Part shown: positions 16,069 through 24,340 of the stretch, in pieces | Numbering within the stretch: position 1 is the stretch's first letter | Layout: each line of letters starts with the position of its first letter | DNA from: Geobacter sulfurreducens PCA | Lineage (GTDB): Bacteria > Desulfobacterota > Desulfuromonadia > Geobacterales > Geobacteraceae | Length of the DNA stretch: 32,000 bases | Assembly (NCBI RefSeq): GCF_000007985.2 | Contig: NC_002939.5 | Coordinates: 750,001-782,000, forward strand | Direction of reading: 5' to 3' | The notes under the pieces: model-generated | Databases searched by the model: none | What the model was told of the DNA's origin: nothing | The model's input: the letters and a program-made list of their open reading frames with translations, nothing else | Program-made: the position numbers and the translations under genes

Positions 16069-16902
16069 TCAGACGGTGAACGGCCTTTGTTTCAGGAATG
16101 CCGGGTCGGGCGTCCCCGCGGTGAAGAAATTAGGGGTTTGGTCCGGCGGCATCCGCCTGACTATGGCCTTGTGGAAGGAGCGGTAGCTCCCTTTGTAGAG
16201 GCCGTTCTTCCATACCCGGAGCAACTGCCCCGTGAACGCGCCGTTGAAAGCACCATCCTGGGAGAGTTGGTTGTCCTGGCAGCCGGAGATGAGGAGGATG
16301 GAGGCCTTCACGTCGGCCAGGTCCACTTTTTTCGTTTTTTGCTGGATCGTGTCGTAGAACTCTCTGTTGGCCCGGTAGGTCCGCATGGCCACGCTCTGGG
16401 GCATGGCCCGGTACCGGATTTCCCCCTCGTCCGGACCGGCGGAGCGGGCCGCGGTGGTACCGTTGTAGTAGGCCATCTTCACCACGGTGCCGCTGTGGCA
16501 GCTGTCGGAGAAGACCAGCACCCGGACCCCGGCGGCGAATTTCCCGAGCAGGGCGTAGAGTTCGTCGTCGATCAGTTCGCCGTCGAAGAGGCACCAGGTC
16601 TCGTCGACGCCGTCCGGCTCGTCGTTGGACGTGTCCGGTACCTGCCCCCCGTGGCCGGAGTAGCTGAGCATAAAGATGTCGCCCTTGCCGAGGGCCTTGG
16701 CGGCCTTGCCGATGGCATCGATGACCTTGGCCCGGGTGGCCGCCTTGGTCATGAGCGTGGTGACGGCAAAGCCCCTCTCCGCTGCGATGGCCGCCATGTC
16801 CTCGGCGTCGGCTTCGCAGGCGTTGAGTTTGCCGGCCCAGCCTCCGTAATGTTTCGGGTCAACGGCGTTAAGACCGAGTGCGAGTGCTATTCCCTTTGGC
16901 AT
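16069..16902 (-). CDS. Caspase-family (peptidase C14) protease, catalytic domain only
   Basis: ATG 16902 is preceded by AAGGAGA; the 33-codon in-frame extension in the track ORF lacks an SD. The catalytic His lies in MLSYSGHGG and the catalytic Cys in VFSDSCHSG, with orthocaspase-typical spacing. 277 aa with no extra domains. Confidence 0.85.
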   Translation of the reverse strand: MPKGIALALGLNAVDPKHYGGWAGKLNACEADAEDMAAIAAERGFAVTTLMTKAATRAKVIDAIGKAAKALGKGDIFMLSYSGHGGQVPDTSNDEPDGVDETWCLFDGELIDDELYALLGKFAAGVRVLVFSDSCHSGTVVKMAYYNGTTAARSAGPDEGEIRYRAMPQSVAMRTYRANREFYDTIQQKTKKVDLADVKASILLISGCQDNQLSQDGAFNGAFTGQLLRVWKNGLYKGSYRSFHKAIVRRMPPDQTPNFFTAGTPDPAFLKQRPFTV

Positions 16903-17163
16903 GATTTCATTCTCCTTTTTGACCGGCTGATAGTGTGGGTGCGGAGCATTGGCAGGGGGGGCGCGGTGATGCCGGAAAGGGTGCCGGTGAGGGGAGAACA
17001 CGGGGGTGCCGGAGGCGGTGACATGGAGCCCTCCCTGGCTCGCGTGGCGCGTCCCTGCGCAGCGCTGTTCTTCGTGAGGTTGTCGCCGATTGGCGGTACC
17101 GCCTGCCGCGGCTTTTCGCCTGTGAACGTGGAACGGTTGATTGGTGTCGCTTAACTATGCGTA

Positions 17164-17191
17164 AGTATATCCCGTCGGCTGCCGGATGCAA
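17164..17191 (-). promoter_or_regulatory. Sigma70-type promoter candidate for the caspase operon
   Basis: The minus strand reads TTGCAT-N16-TATACT, with the -35 at 17186-17191 and the -10 at 17164-17169. This implies a 5' leader of about 255 nt before ATG 16902. Confidence 0.4.
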
Positions 17192-17315
17192 GGGGTGAGC
17201 AAAAAAAACGCTTTGTGTAACGGTATGGAATGATTCGATTTTACTCCTGGAGTCGCCGACGCGGTTCGTGCCGGCAGGAAGTGCATAACCGGCCGGGTGA
17301 GACGCTCCCCGTTTC

Positions 17316-17324
17316 TGGTATAAT
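17316..17324 (+). promoter_or_regulatory. Extended -10 promoter element (TGGTATAAT)
   Basis: A perfect TATAAT lies at 17319-17324 with an upstream TG. It sits about 45 nt before the small membrane-protein gene. The -35 is weak. Confidence 0.4.
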
Positions 17325-17368
17325 GAAGTACATCGCCGGGATGGTCCGCCCGCAAAAGGAGCTTGTTG

Positions 17369-17638
17369 ATGATGAAGCCGGTCTACCTCTTTTTTCTCCT
17401 GGTGTTCGTCGTTCCAGGGGTGACGGGGGGGATTCTCGCCGCGAACCGGGCACGGAACGTCTTTGTCTGGAGCCTGCTGAGCGCCGTCTTCCCCATCTTT
17501 CTGCTGGTCATTTATTTCCATAAGCCCCTGCGGGAGGTGGAGGGGAAATTCCGGCGCTGTGGCGGCTGCGGCGAGTTCATCCCCTGGCGCGAGACGGCCT
17601 GCAGATACTGCGGCCGGGAGCAGCCTACACACCCCTGA
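17369..17638 (+). CDS. Small membrane protein with C-terminal zinc-ribbon (CxxC...CxxC)
   Basis: AAGGAG lies 7 nt upstream of ATG 17369. The protein has two hydrophobic helices followed by RRCGGCGEFIPWRETACRYCGRE. Confidence 0.6.
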   Translation: MMKPVYLFFLLVFVVPGVTGGILAANRARNVFVWSLLSAVFPIFLLVIYFHKPLREVEGKFRRCGGCGEFIPWRETACRYCGREQPTHP

Positions 17639-17713
17639 GCCATCCAGTGCACTGAAGCGCGCGGCTGTTTCCACTGACGGCCTCCAGCCAACGCGCGCTG
17701 AGGAGAATTCTTC

Positions 17714-19483
<1,770 letters not shown>

Positions 19484-19492
19484 CACCGTCCC

Positions 19493-20605
19493 TCAGGCCC
19501 GGTCGCGTTCCCTCAGGATGGCCGACACCGCCCGCCAGAGCCGGAAGGCGTCCGTCAACTTCGGCTTCAGCTCCACGTGCATGAGCCCGTCCAGAACAAA
19601 AAGCCCCCGCCGGTCGCGGGGCACTGCCCGGGCCAGGGCCTCGCTCTCGGCGGCGGGAATGATGTCGTCATCCCGGCCGTGGATGATGATCAGCCGGGCT
19701 GTGAGTCCGCGCAGGTCGCGCCGTGAGGGGTCGAGGGCCGCCAGGTCCCGGCGGATCGGTGTCGGCAGCCTCTCCACGAGCGCCGGGACCTGCCGCGGAT
19801 CGGTGTTGGCGAAGAAATCGTAAAGGCTTTTCCCTTCAGGGCCGAGCCCCCGGACCAGATCGTCGGTCCGGGCGGCGGGGTTATCCATTTTGCGCCGCGC
19901 CAGTTTTTCGAGGGCCGTCCGATCCCGGACGTTTTTGATCCGGTCCGTGTTGGCCAGGACGAACACCCATTTGCCGTAGTTGTTTGGCGTGCCCCGCCGC
20001 CACCGGTCTCCGTCCCGGTACCAGCCGGTGGTGAAGAAGGTCAGGACGTTCCGCAGATCATAGTATCCCCCCACCGTAACCAGGAACCGGACCCGCTGCC
20101 CGGCCCTCGGCTCCAGCGCCGCCAACAGTGCCGGGCCGCCGGCATAGCTCAGGGCCGCCACCCCGCATTTCCCGCCGGGCGAAAGTCCGGGGCGCGAAGA
20201 AAGCCAGAGGATGGCATCGGCGGTTTCTCCGATGTCGCGACTTCCCGCCCGCAGGCTCCGGAAGCCCCCCAGATCGGGGACGAGAACGGCGAAGCGTGCC
20301 CGGGCCAGGGTTTCGGCGAAGGCCTGCAGCCGCGGATCGTCCTTACCCTCCTCGGCTGCTCCCGGCAGGAGGACAAGCCCCGCCCTGATCCGTTCGCAGG
20401 GTAAATAGAGATCGCCCTGGTAGTTCCGCCCCTCCACCGCGTAGGGAACCGTCAGCCGTCGGGGGGGCGGGGTGCGTTCCTTGAGGCCGGATGGGCCACG
20501 GCCCGCGGACAGGTCGGTCAGGACCAGAATCGCTTCCCAGCCGCGCGGCATCGAGCATCCCCAGAGGCAGAGGATGAGGGCCGACAGCACCGCCATCCGC
20601 GCCAT
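19493..20605 (-). CDS. Alpha/beta hydrolase-fold lipoprotein
   Basis: ATG 20605 gives MARMAVLSALILCLWGCS, a lipoprotein signal. The protein has a nucleophile-elbow-like ALSYAGG and a C-terminal IIIHGRDDDIIP typical of the fold. It starts 11 nt downstream of the SOR-like gene. Confidence 0.65.
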   Translation of the reverse strand: MARMAVLSALILCLWGCSMPRGWEAILVLTDLSAGRGPSGLKERTPPPRRLTVPYAVEGRNYQGDLYLPCERIRAGLVLLPGAAEEGKDDPRLQAFAETLARARFAVLVPDLGGFRSLRAGSRDIGETADAILWLSSRPGLSPGGKCGVAALSYAGGPALLAALEPRAGQRVRFLVTVGGYYDLRNVLTFFTTGWYRDGDRWRRGTPNNYGKWVFVLANTDRIKNVRDRTALEKLARRKMDNPAARTDDLVRGLGPEGKSLYDFFANTDPRQVPALVERLPTPIRRDLAALDPSRRDLRGLTARLIIIHGRDDDIIPAAESEALARAVPRDRRGLFVLDGLMHVELKPKLTDAFRLWRAVSAILRERDRA

Positions 20606-20616
20606 GGGGCCGCACC

Positions 20617-21099
20617 TCACCCGGTCACGGCGATGTCGATGCTTCCCTCCCAGTAACCATGAAGATTGCACCGTTCATTGACCACCAGGGTGATTTTCCC
20701 CTCCGGCGCCGCCTCCTTGGGAATGGTCACGGTGAAGGTCGCCTTGGGCGACAGGAACCCGCGCGGCTGCATATCCACCCTGCCTGCCGGCTCGTTGCCC
20801 ACGTTGAGCTCGATGAACTGAATCCAGTGGGTCGGCCCCATGGGGTGGACCACCTCGCCCACTGCCACCTCCACAGTGAACGGTTCCCCTGCCTTGACCG
20901 CCTTGGGCGCGGTGATGACCGGAACGTGCTTCTGCTCCAGGGGACTCTTCTTGGCCGGATCTTTGGCTCGGTTGATGGTTTCGAAAAGAGATTGGTCCGC
21001 CTTGACCGGGTAGTATCTGCCGGCCGCGGCCGCCTCGCGGGCGATGCCGGCCGCCATGGCGCCAAGTGCGGCAGTCTTCAGAAAGGTTCTTCGATCCAT
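20617..21099 (-). CDS. TAT-exported superoxide-reductase-like (SORL/desulfoferrodoxin centre II domain) protein
   Basis: The twin-arginine signal is MDRRTFLKTAALGAMAAG. His/Cys ligands occur in the order expected for an SOR iron site (KHVPVI, HPMGPTHWIQ, CNLHG). SD GGAGGAG is present. Confidence 0.7.
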   Translation of the reverse strand: MDRRTFLKTAALGAMAAGIAREAAAAGRYYPVKADQSLFETINRAKDPAKKSPLEQKHVPVITAPKAVKAGEPFTVEVAVGEVVHPMGPTHWIQFIELNVGNEPAGRVDMQPRGFLSPKATFTVTIPKEAAPEGKITLVVNERCNLHGYWEGSIDIAVTG

Positions 21100-21220
21100 G
21101 GCTCCTCCTGTGGTACCATAGCTCTGTTCCTGGGGAACGGAAGCGGGTGAGAGAAATGCGTGTTCTCAAGTGTAAAACCGGTGCCGTGAATGTCAACGCG
21201 ACCAACGGAACCATTCTCTG

Positions 21221-21246
21221 TCAACCGGACAGCAGCCCGGACGTTA
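21221..21246 (+). promoter_or_regulatory. ECF-type promoter candidate (AAC-N16-CGTT) upstream of the sigma gene
   Basis: The sequence is tcAAC(21223-21225)-16 nt-CGTT(21242-21245). It lies about 30 nt before GTG 21276. This is a weak motif-only call. Confidence 0.25.
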
Positions 21247-21275
21247 TAAACTACAAATGTCGCGGGCAAGGAGAA

Positions 21276-21821
21276 GTGACGCTGGATACAACAGACGAAT
21301 TGAACCGGTTCCTGGCCGGCGTGGAGCGCAGGGCGTTCCGCATGGCGCGGCTCGCCACGTCCGACGATGACGAGGCCCTGGACGTGGTCCAGGACGCCAT
21401 GCTCGGCTTTGTCAGAAACTATGCGCGGAAACCCGAGGCGGAGTGGCCGCCGTTGTTCCACCGGACGCTCCAGAGCCGGATCGTGGACTGGCACCGGCGC
21501 TCGACCCTGCGGAACAGGTTCCGGGCGTGGTTCGGCAAAAACGACGACGAAGATGGCGGCGATCCCTTGGACGGGATCCCGGACGTGAATTCGCCTGATC
21601 CGGCGCGACAGCTCCTGGACCGGGACCTGGGGCAGGCAATCGAAGCGGCTCTGCGCAAGTTGCCCACGCGGCAGCGGCAGGCGTTTCTCCTGCGCAACTG
21701 GGAAGGGCTCGATACGTCGGAAACCGCCTTTGCCATGGGATGCTCCGAGGGGAGCGTCAAGACCCATCTTTCGCGGGCGGTTCATGCGCTTCGCGGCATG
21801 CTTGAGGAGTACGGACCATGA
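21276..21821 (+). CDS. ECF-family RNA polymerase sigma factor
   Basis: Region 2 reads ALDVVQDAMLGFVRNY...HRTLQSRIVDWHRR. Region 4 reads RQRQAFLLRNWEGLDTSETAFAMGCSEGSVKTHLSRAVHALR. I prefer GTG 21276 as the start because the protein then begins about 10 aa before the DELNRFLAGVERRAF segment. ATG 21156 is an alternative. Confidence 0.8.
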   Translation: MTLDTTDELNRFLAGVERRAFRMARLATSDDDEALDVVQDAMLGFVRNYARKPEAEWPPLFHRTLQSRIVDWHRRSTLRNRFRAWFGKNDDEDGGDPLDGIPDVNSPDPARQLLDRDLGQAIEAALRKLPTRQRQAFLLRNWEGLDTSETAFAMGCSEGSVKTHLSRAVHALRGMLEEYGP

Positions 21822-22183
21822 AACATGACGAGCGTGACGAGCGGATGATTCAAACGGTCAGGCGCGAACTCGACCGGAGCACCAGCGACCTGGACGGCGC
21901 CATTGCGGGACGGCTGGCGGAGATCCGGGCCAAGGCCGTGGCGGAGGCAGGACGCCGTCACTTCCCGTTCCTCCCCCGCTGGGTGACGGTGGGCGGGGTC
22001 GCCACCCTGACAGCTGCCGCGGTGGCCGGCATCATCTGGTTTTCCTCCCCGTCGGTCGAGCCGGTGCCCGTGGCAGTCCAGGACGACCCGGAGCAGATCG
22101 AGTTGATTGCAGCCAATGACCATATCCAACTGTACGAGGACATCGAATTCTATCATTGGCTGGCGGCCCAGGAGAATCAATGA
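21818..22183 (+). CDS. Single-pass membrane protein, probable anti-sigma factor (DUF3619-like)
   Basis: It overlaps the sigma gene stop by 4 nt. 121 aa with one TM helix (WVTVGGVATLTAAAVAGIIWF). Position and size fit the sigma/anti-sigma pairing. The family name is from memory of similar operons. Confidence 0.55.
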   Translation: MKHDERDERMIQTVRRELDRSTSDLDGAIAGRLAEIRAKAVAEAGRRHFPFLPRWVTVGGVATLTAAAVAGIIWFSSPSVEPVPVAVQDDPEQIELIAANDHIQLYEDIEFYHWLAAQENQ

Positions 22184-22737
22184 GGTCGTATGCCCGGGGG
22201 CCGAATGTGGGGGAAGTGATGGGTAGCTGGCGTGTGATTCTGGTCTGCATGATGCTGGGCATGGCGGTTTCGCCTGCCTGGGGCGATGGGGGCGGGGTGT
22301 CGTGGGAACGGTTGACCCCCGAGCAGCGTGAGGTTCTTCAGCATTTTGCCGAACGCTGGAACAGTTTTCCTCCCGAGCGCCAGGAGCGCCTGCTGGACAG
22401 CGCCGAGCGCTGGCGAGCAATGGCGCCCGAGGCGCGTCGGAACGCCCTGGAGCGATACCGTCACTGGCATGATCTGACTCAGGAACAGCGCGATCTGATC
22501 CGGAAGCGGATCAAGGAGTTCCACAAGCTTGCCCCTGCCGATCAGGAGCGCATCAAGCGTTCGTACCAGCGCTTCCAGAATCTTCCCCCCCAGGAACGGG
22601 AGGTTCTCAAAGGAAAATGGCGTTCGTTGTCGCCGGAGGAAAAGCGGCAGTTCAAGGAGAAGTGGCGCTCCATGACGGACGAACAGCGACGGGAGTTTTT
22701 GCGGGACAGGTCAACTGATGATTCCGGCGCGCGCTAA
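22180..22737 (+). CDS. Secreted repeat protein (DUF3106-like; repeated W/F-x-x-L-x-P-E-x-R motif)
   Basis: ATG 22180 overlaps the previous stop (ATGA), with GGAG 5 nt upstream. The signal peptide is ...WRVILVCMMLGMAVSPAWG. There are about six helical repeats, for example ERWNSFPPERQERL, ERWRAMAPEARRNAL, GKWRSLSPEEKRQF and EKWRSMTDEQRREF. Confidence 0.6.
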   Translation: MRSYARGPNVGEVMGSWRVILVCMMLGMAVSPAWGDGGGVSWERLTPEQREVLQHFAERWNSFPPERQERLLDSAERWRAMAPEARRNALERYRHWHDLTQEQRDLIRKRIKEFHKLAPADQERIKRSYQRFQNLPPQEREVLKGKWRSLSPEEKRQFKEKWRSMTDEQRREFLRDRSTDDSGAR

Positions 22738-22779
22738 ACTCCCCATGATTGCAGTTATGTCACAGGGTTGGAGGTCGAT

Positions 22780-22899
22780 ATGAGGCAGATGGTTTTGCGG
22801 GTGGCGCTGACCGGGAAAGAGCGTGCGCGGCTCCACCGCCTGCAGGACAATGCCAGCCGCGACATCTATCGCAAAAAACACAACCGGCGCGTGCAGTAG
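22780..22899 (+). CDS. Candidate 39-aa highly basic small protein
   Basis: GGAGG lies 5 nt upstream of ATG 22780. The sequence is MRQMVLRVALTGKERARLHRLQDNASRDIYRKKHNRRVQ. It is followed 28 nt later by a strong intrinsic terminator. It is below the track's size cutoff and there is no homology evidence. Confidence 0.4.
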   Translation: MRQMVLRVALTGKERARLHRLQDNASRDIYRKKHNRRVQ

Positions 22900-22927
22900 C
22901 GCCGCGGTTCCCTTCCTGCCGACCAGA

Positions 22928-22959
22928 GCCCCGGAGCGTCCCTCCGGGGCTTGTCGTTT
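22928..22959 (+). terminator. Rho-independent terminator of the ECF operon
   Basis: GCCCCGGAG (22928-22936), loop CGTCC and CTCCGGGGC (22942-22950) form a perfect 9-bp stem, followed by TTGTCGTTT. Confidence 0.75.
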
Positions 22960-23108
22960 CCCGCCCCTTTCTTCTTTCTTGTTCTTGTGTCCGTCTGGAC
23001 AGGCTCTTCCGCGGTCACGTGAAGGGCAGGAAGCGGCAACGGCTTCTCCGGCCCCGTGAGATCCGAAAAGTAATCTGCCACGGCGAGCGCGACGTTACGG
23101 GGGGCGCT

Positions 23109-23804
23109 TCAGGATTCCGGGAGGGTGATCAATCTGCCGACCAGGAATTTGTCCGCGAGCCACGGCTCGTTCAGGAAGCGGGCAACCGTGCCCACCAGCT
23201 CACGCCCCGCCGAGTCGATCCCTCGACGTTCAAGGGCCGCGGCGAGGGATCGGTAAGCCTGTTCCATGAGGTATTTCTGGAGCAGATTGCACTCCAGCGG
23301 CACCTCTTCGTCAGAGGTGCGCGACTCCAGGGCGCGGCGACACTGGGCCGGGTCGGTGGAGGTGAGGGCGCGGCACATGAGGGGCCGGACCGGGTGGATG
23401 GAGCACCAGCCCCGTTCGTCGAGAAAGGGGCACGTCACCCCGCTCCTGATCCGGTCGGCATCGTCGAGCCAGCGGATGGCGCGGGCAGCAGCAGTGAGCC
23501 GCACTGCCAAGCGGTCCACCTCCCCTGCGTCGTGGTGCTGCCGAAGCCAGACTGCGATGGTCCATGCCTCGGGCACGAGAACCGACACGTTCACGGTGCA
23601 ACAGGTCATGCAACCGGGGCCGCAGGCGATCCGGATATCGTCACGCCCGTTTCCCCGGGCCGAGAGGAGTTCTTCGGCGCGGGCCACGATGCGGGTTGTG
23701 GCCGGGGCGATGCCGGTCGGGTCCGTGACCCCGTCGAACAGGTCGACTGCCAGGTCGGCCAGCTCGTCACCCATGCGCAGGATTGCCAGAACGTTGTCCA
23801 CCAT
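23109..23804 (-). CDS. YkgJ-family (UPF0153) cysteine-cluster protein
   Basis: It has the CGPGCMTCC (CxxCxxCC) motif plus later CPFL...GWCSIHPVRPLMCR, typical of this Zn/Fe-chelating family. ATG 23804 has GGGAGG 9 nt upstream. ATG 23846 is an alternative start with no SD. Confidence 0.7.
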   Translation of the reverse strand: MVDNVLAILRMGDELADLAVDLFDGVTDPTGIAPATTRIVARAEELLSARGNGRDDIRIACGPGCMTCCTVNVSVLVPEAWTIAVWLRQHHDAGEVDRLAVRLTAAARAIRWLDDADRIRSGVTCPFLDERGWCSIHPVRPLMCRALTSTDPAQCRRALESRTSDEEVPLECNLLQKYLMEQAYRSLAAALERRGIDSAGRELVGTVARFLNEPWLADKFLVGRLITLPES

Positions 23805-24049
23805 GGTCCGAAACCTCCCGTTCGACCGCGACAGGCCCCCTGTCATCAGGCTCTAATTCTAAACGAGAACAAAAAGGTGTCAAAGGGTGGGCGTGGGGAC
23901 GGGCGGTGCCCATTTATTCGGCACAGGTGCGGGGCACGTGGATGAGAGATGCGCGCAACCCTCGATATGGAAAGGAGTTTCGACCGGTCTGCGTGTTGGC
24001 ACGGGACATGAAGTCGCAGCAGCAGAGATACCAAACGGGAGGTCATGCC

Positions 24050-24283
24050 ATGAAAACGAACGACTTGGTGCCGATCCACGATGCGGCCCGCGAACTCGGC
24101 ACCACCCACCTGCGCCTTCTGATGCTGGTGAAGCAGGGTACCCTGGCTGGTGAACTGTGCGACGGAGAGTGGTTCTTGCCCCGCCACGCGGTGGAGCAAT
24201 TCCGCGCCTTCGGCGGCGACAGCCGGGCAGACCTGGCCTGCCGGGCTACGTGCAAGGCCCCCTCCTGCGGCTGCAAAGGGTAG
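24050..24283 (+). CDS. Small helix-turn-helix (MerR/excisionase-type) DNA-binding protein with Cys-rich tail
   Basis: GGGAGG lies 8 nt upstream of ATG 24050. The sequence MKTNDLVPIHDAARELGTTHLRLLMLVKQGTLAGE is HTH-like. The C-terminus reads CRATCKAPSCGCKG. Confidence 0.6.
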   Translation: MKTNDLVPIHDAARELGTTHLRLLMLVKQGTLAGELCDGEWFLPRHAVEQFRAFGGDSRADLACRATCKAPSCGCKG

Positions 24284-24340
24284 TTGCGGAGGCACATTTT
24301 ACAGGCATGCGGGATACGCCGATTCTGCTATACTGTAACA

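Noticed and set aside
12914-16902. Interpretation of the amidase/SH3b gene as part of a prophage lysis cassette or other mobile element.
   Set aside because: No holin, spanin, portal, capsid, tail, integrase or transposase genes, att-like direct repeats or tRNA genes are visible within the window. The idea is not fully excluded, because phage remnants can be highly degraded and the flanks beyond 32 kb are unseen.
16903-17001. In-frame 33-codon N-terminal extension of the caspase ORF (MFSPHRHPFRHH...).
   Set aside because: There is no SD and the sequence is His/Pro-rich junk. A perfect AAGGAGA SD precedes the internal ATG at 16902, where the caspase fold begins.
21134-21162. GGAAC motif as an ECF -35 element upstream of ATG 21156.
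   Set aside because: The nearest CGT-type -10 is 20 nt away, which is too far. The AAC-N16-CGTT candidate at 21223-21245 fits better and is itself only weakly supported.
22866-23081. 71-aa minus-strand ORF downstream of the YkgJ-like gene.
   Set aside because: It spans the + strand terminator hairpin and overlaps the 3' end (22866-22899) of the 39-aa ORF (22780-22899) on the opposite strand, has no SD, and gives a low-complexity basic translation.
23997-24015. Sigma-54-like TGGCAC upstream of the HTH gene.
   Set aside because: The -12 element at the required spacing reads ATGAA instead of TTGC(A/T), so the GC dinucleotide is missing.
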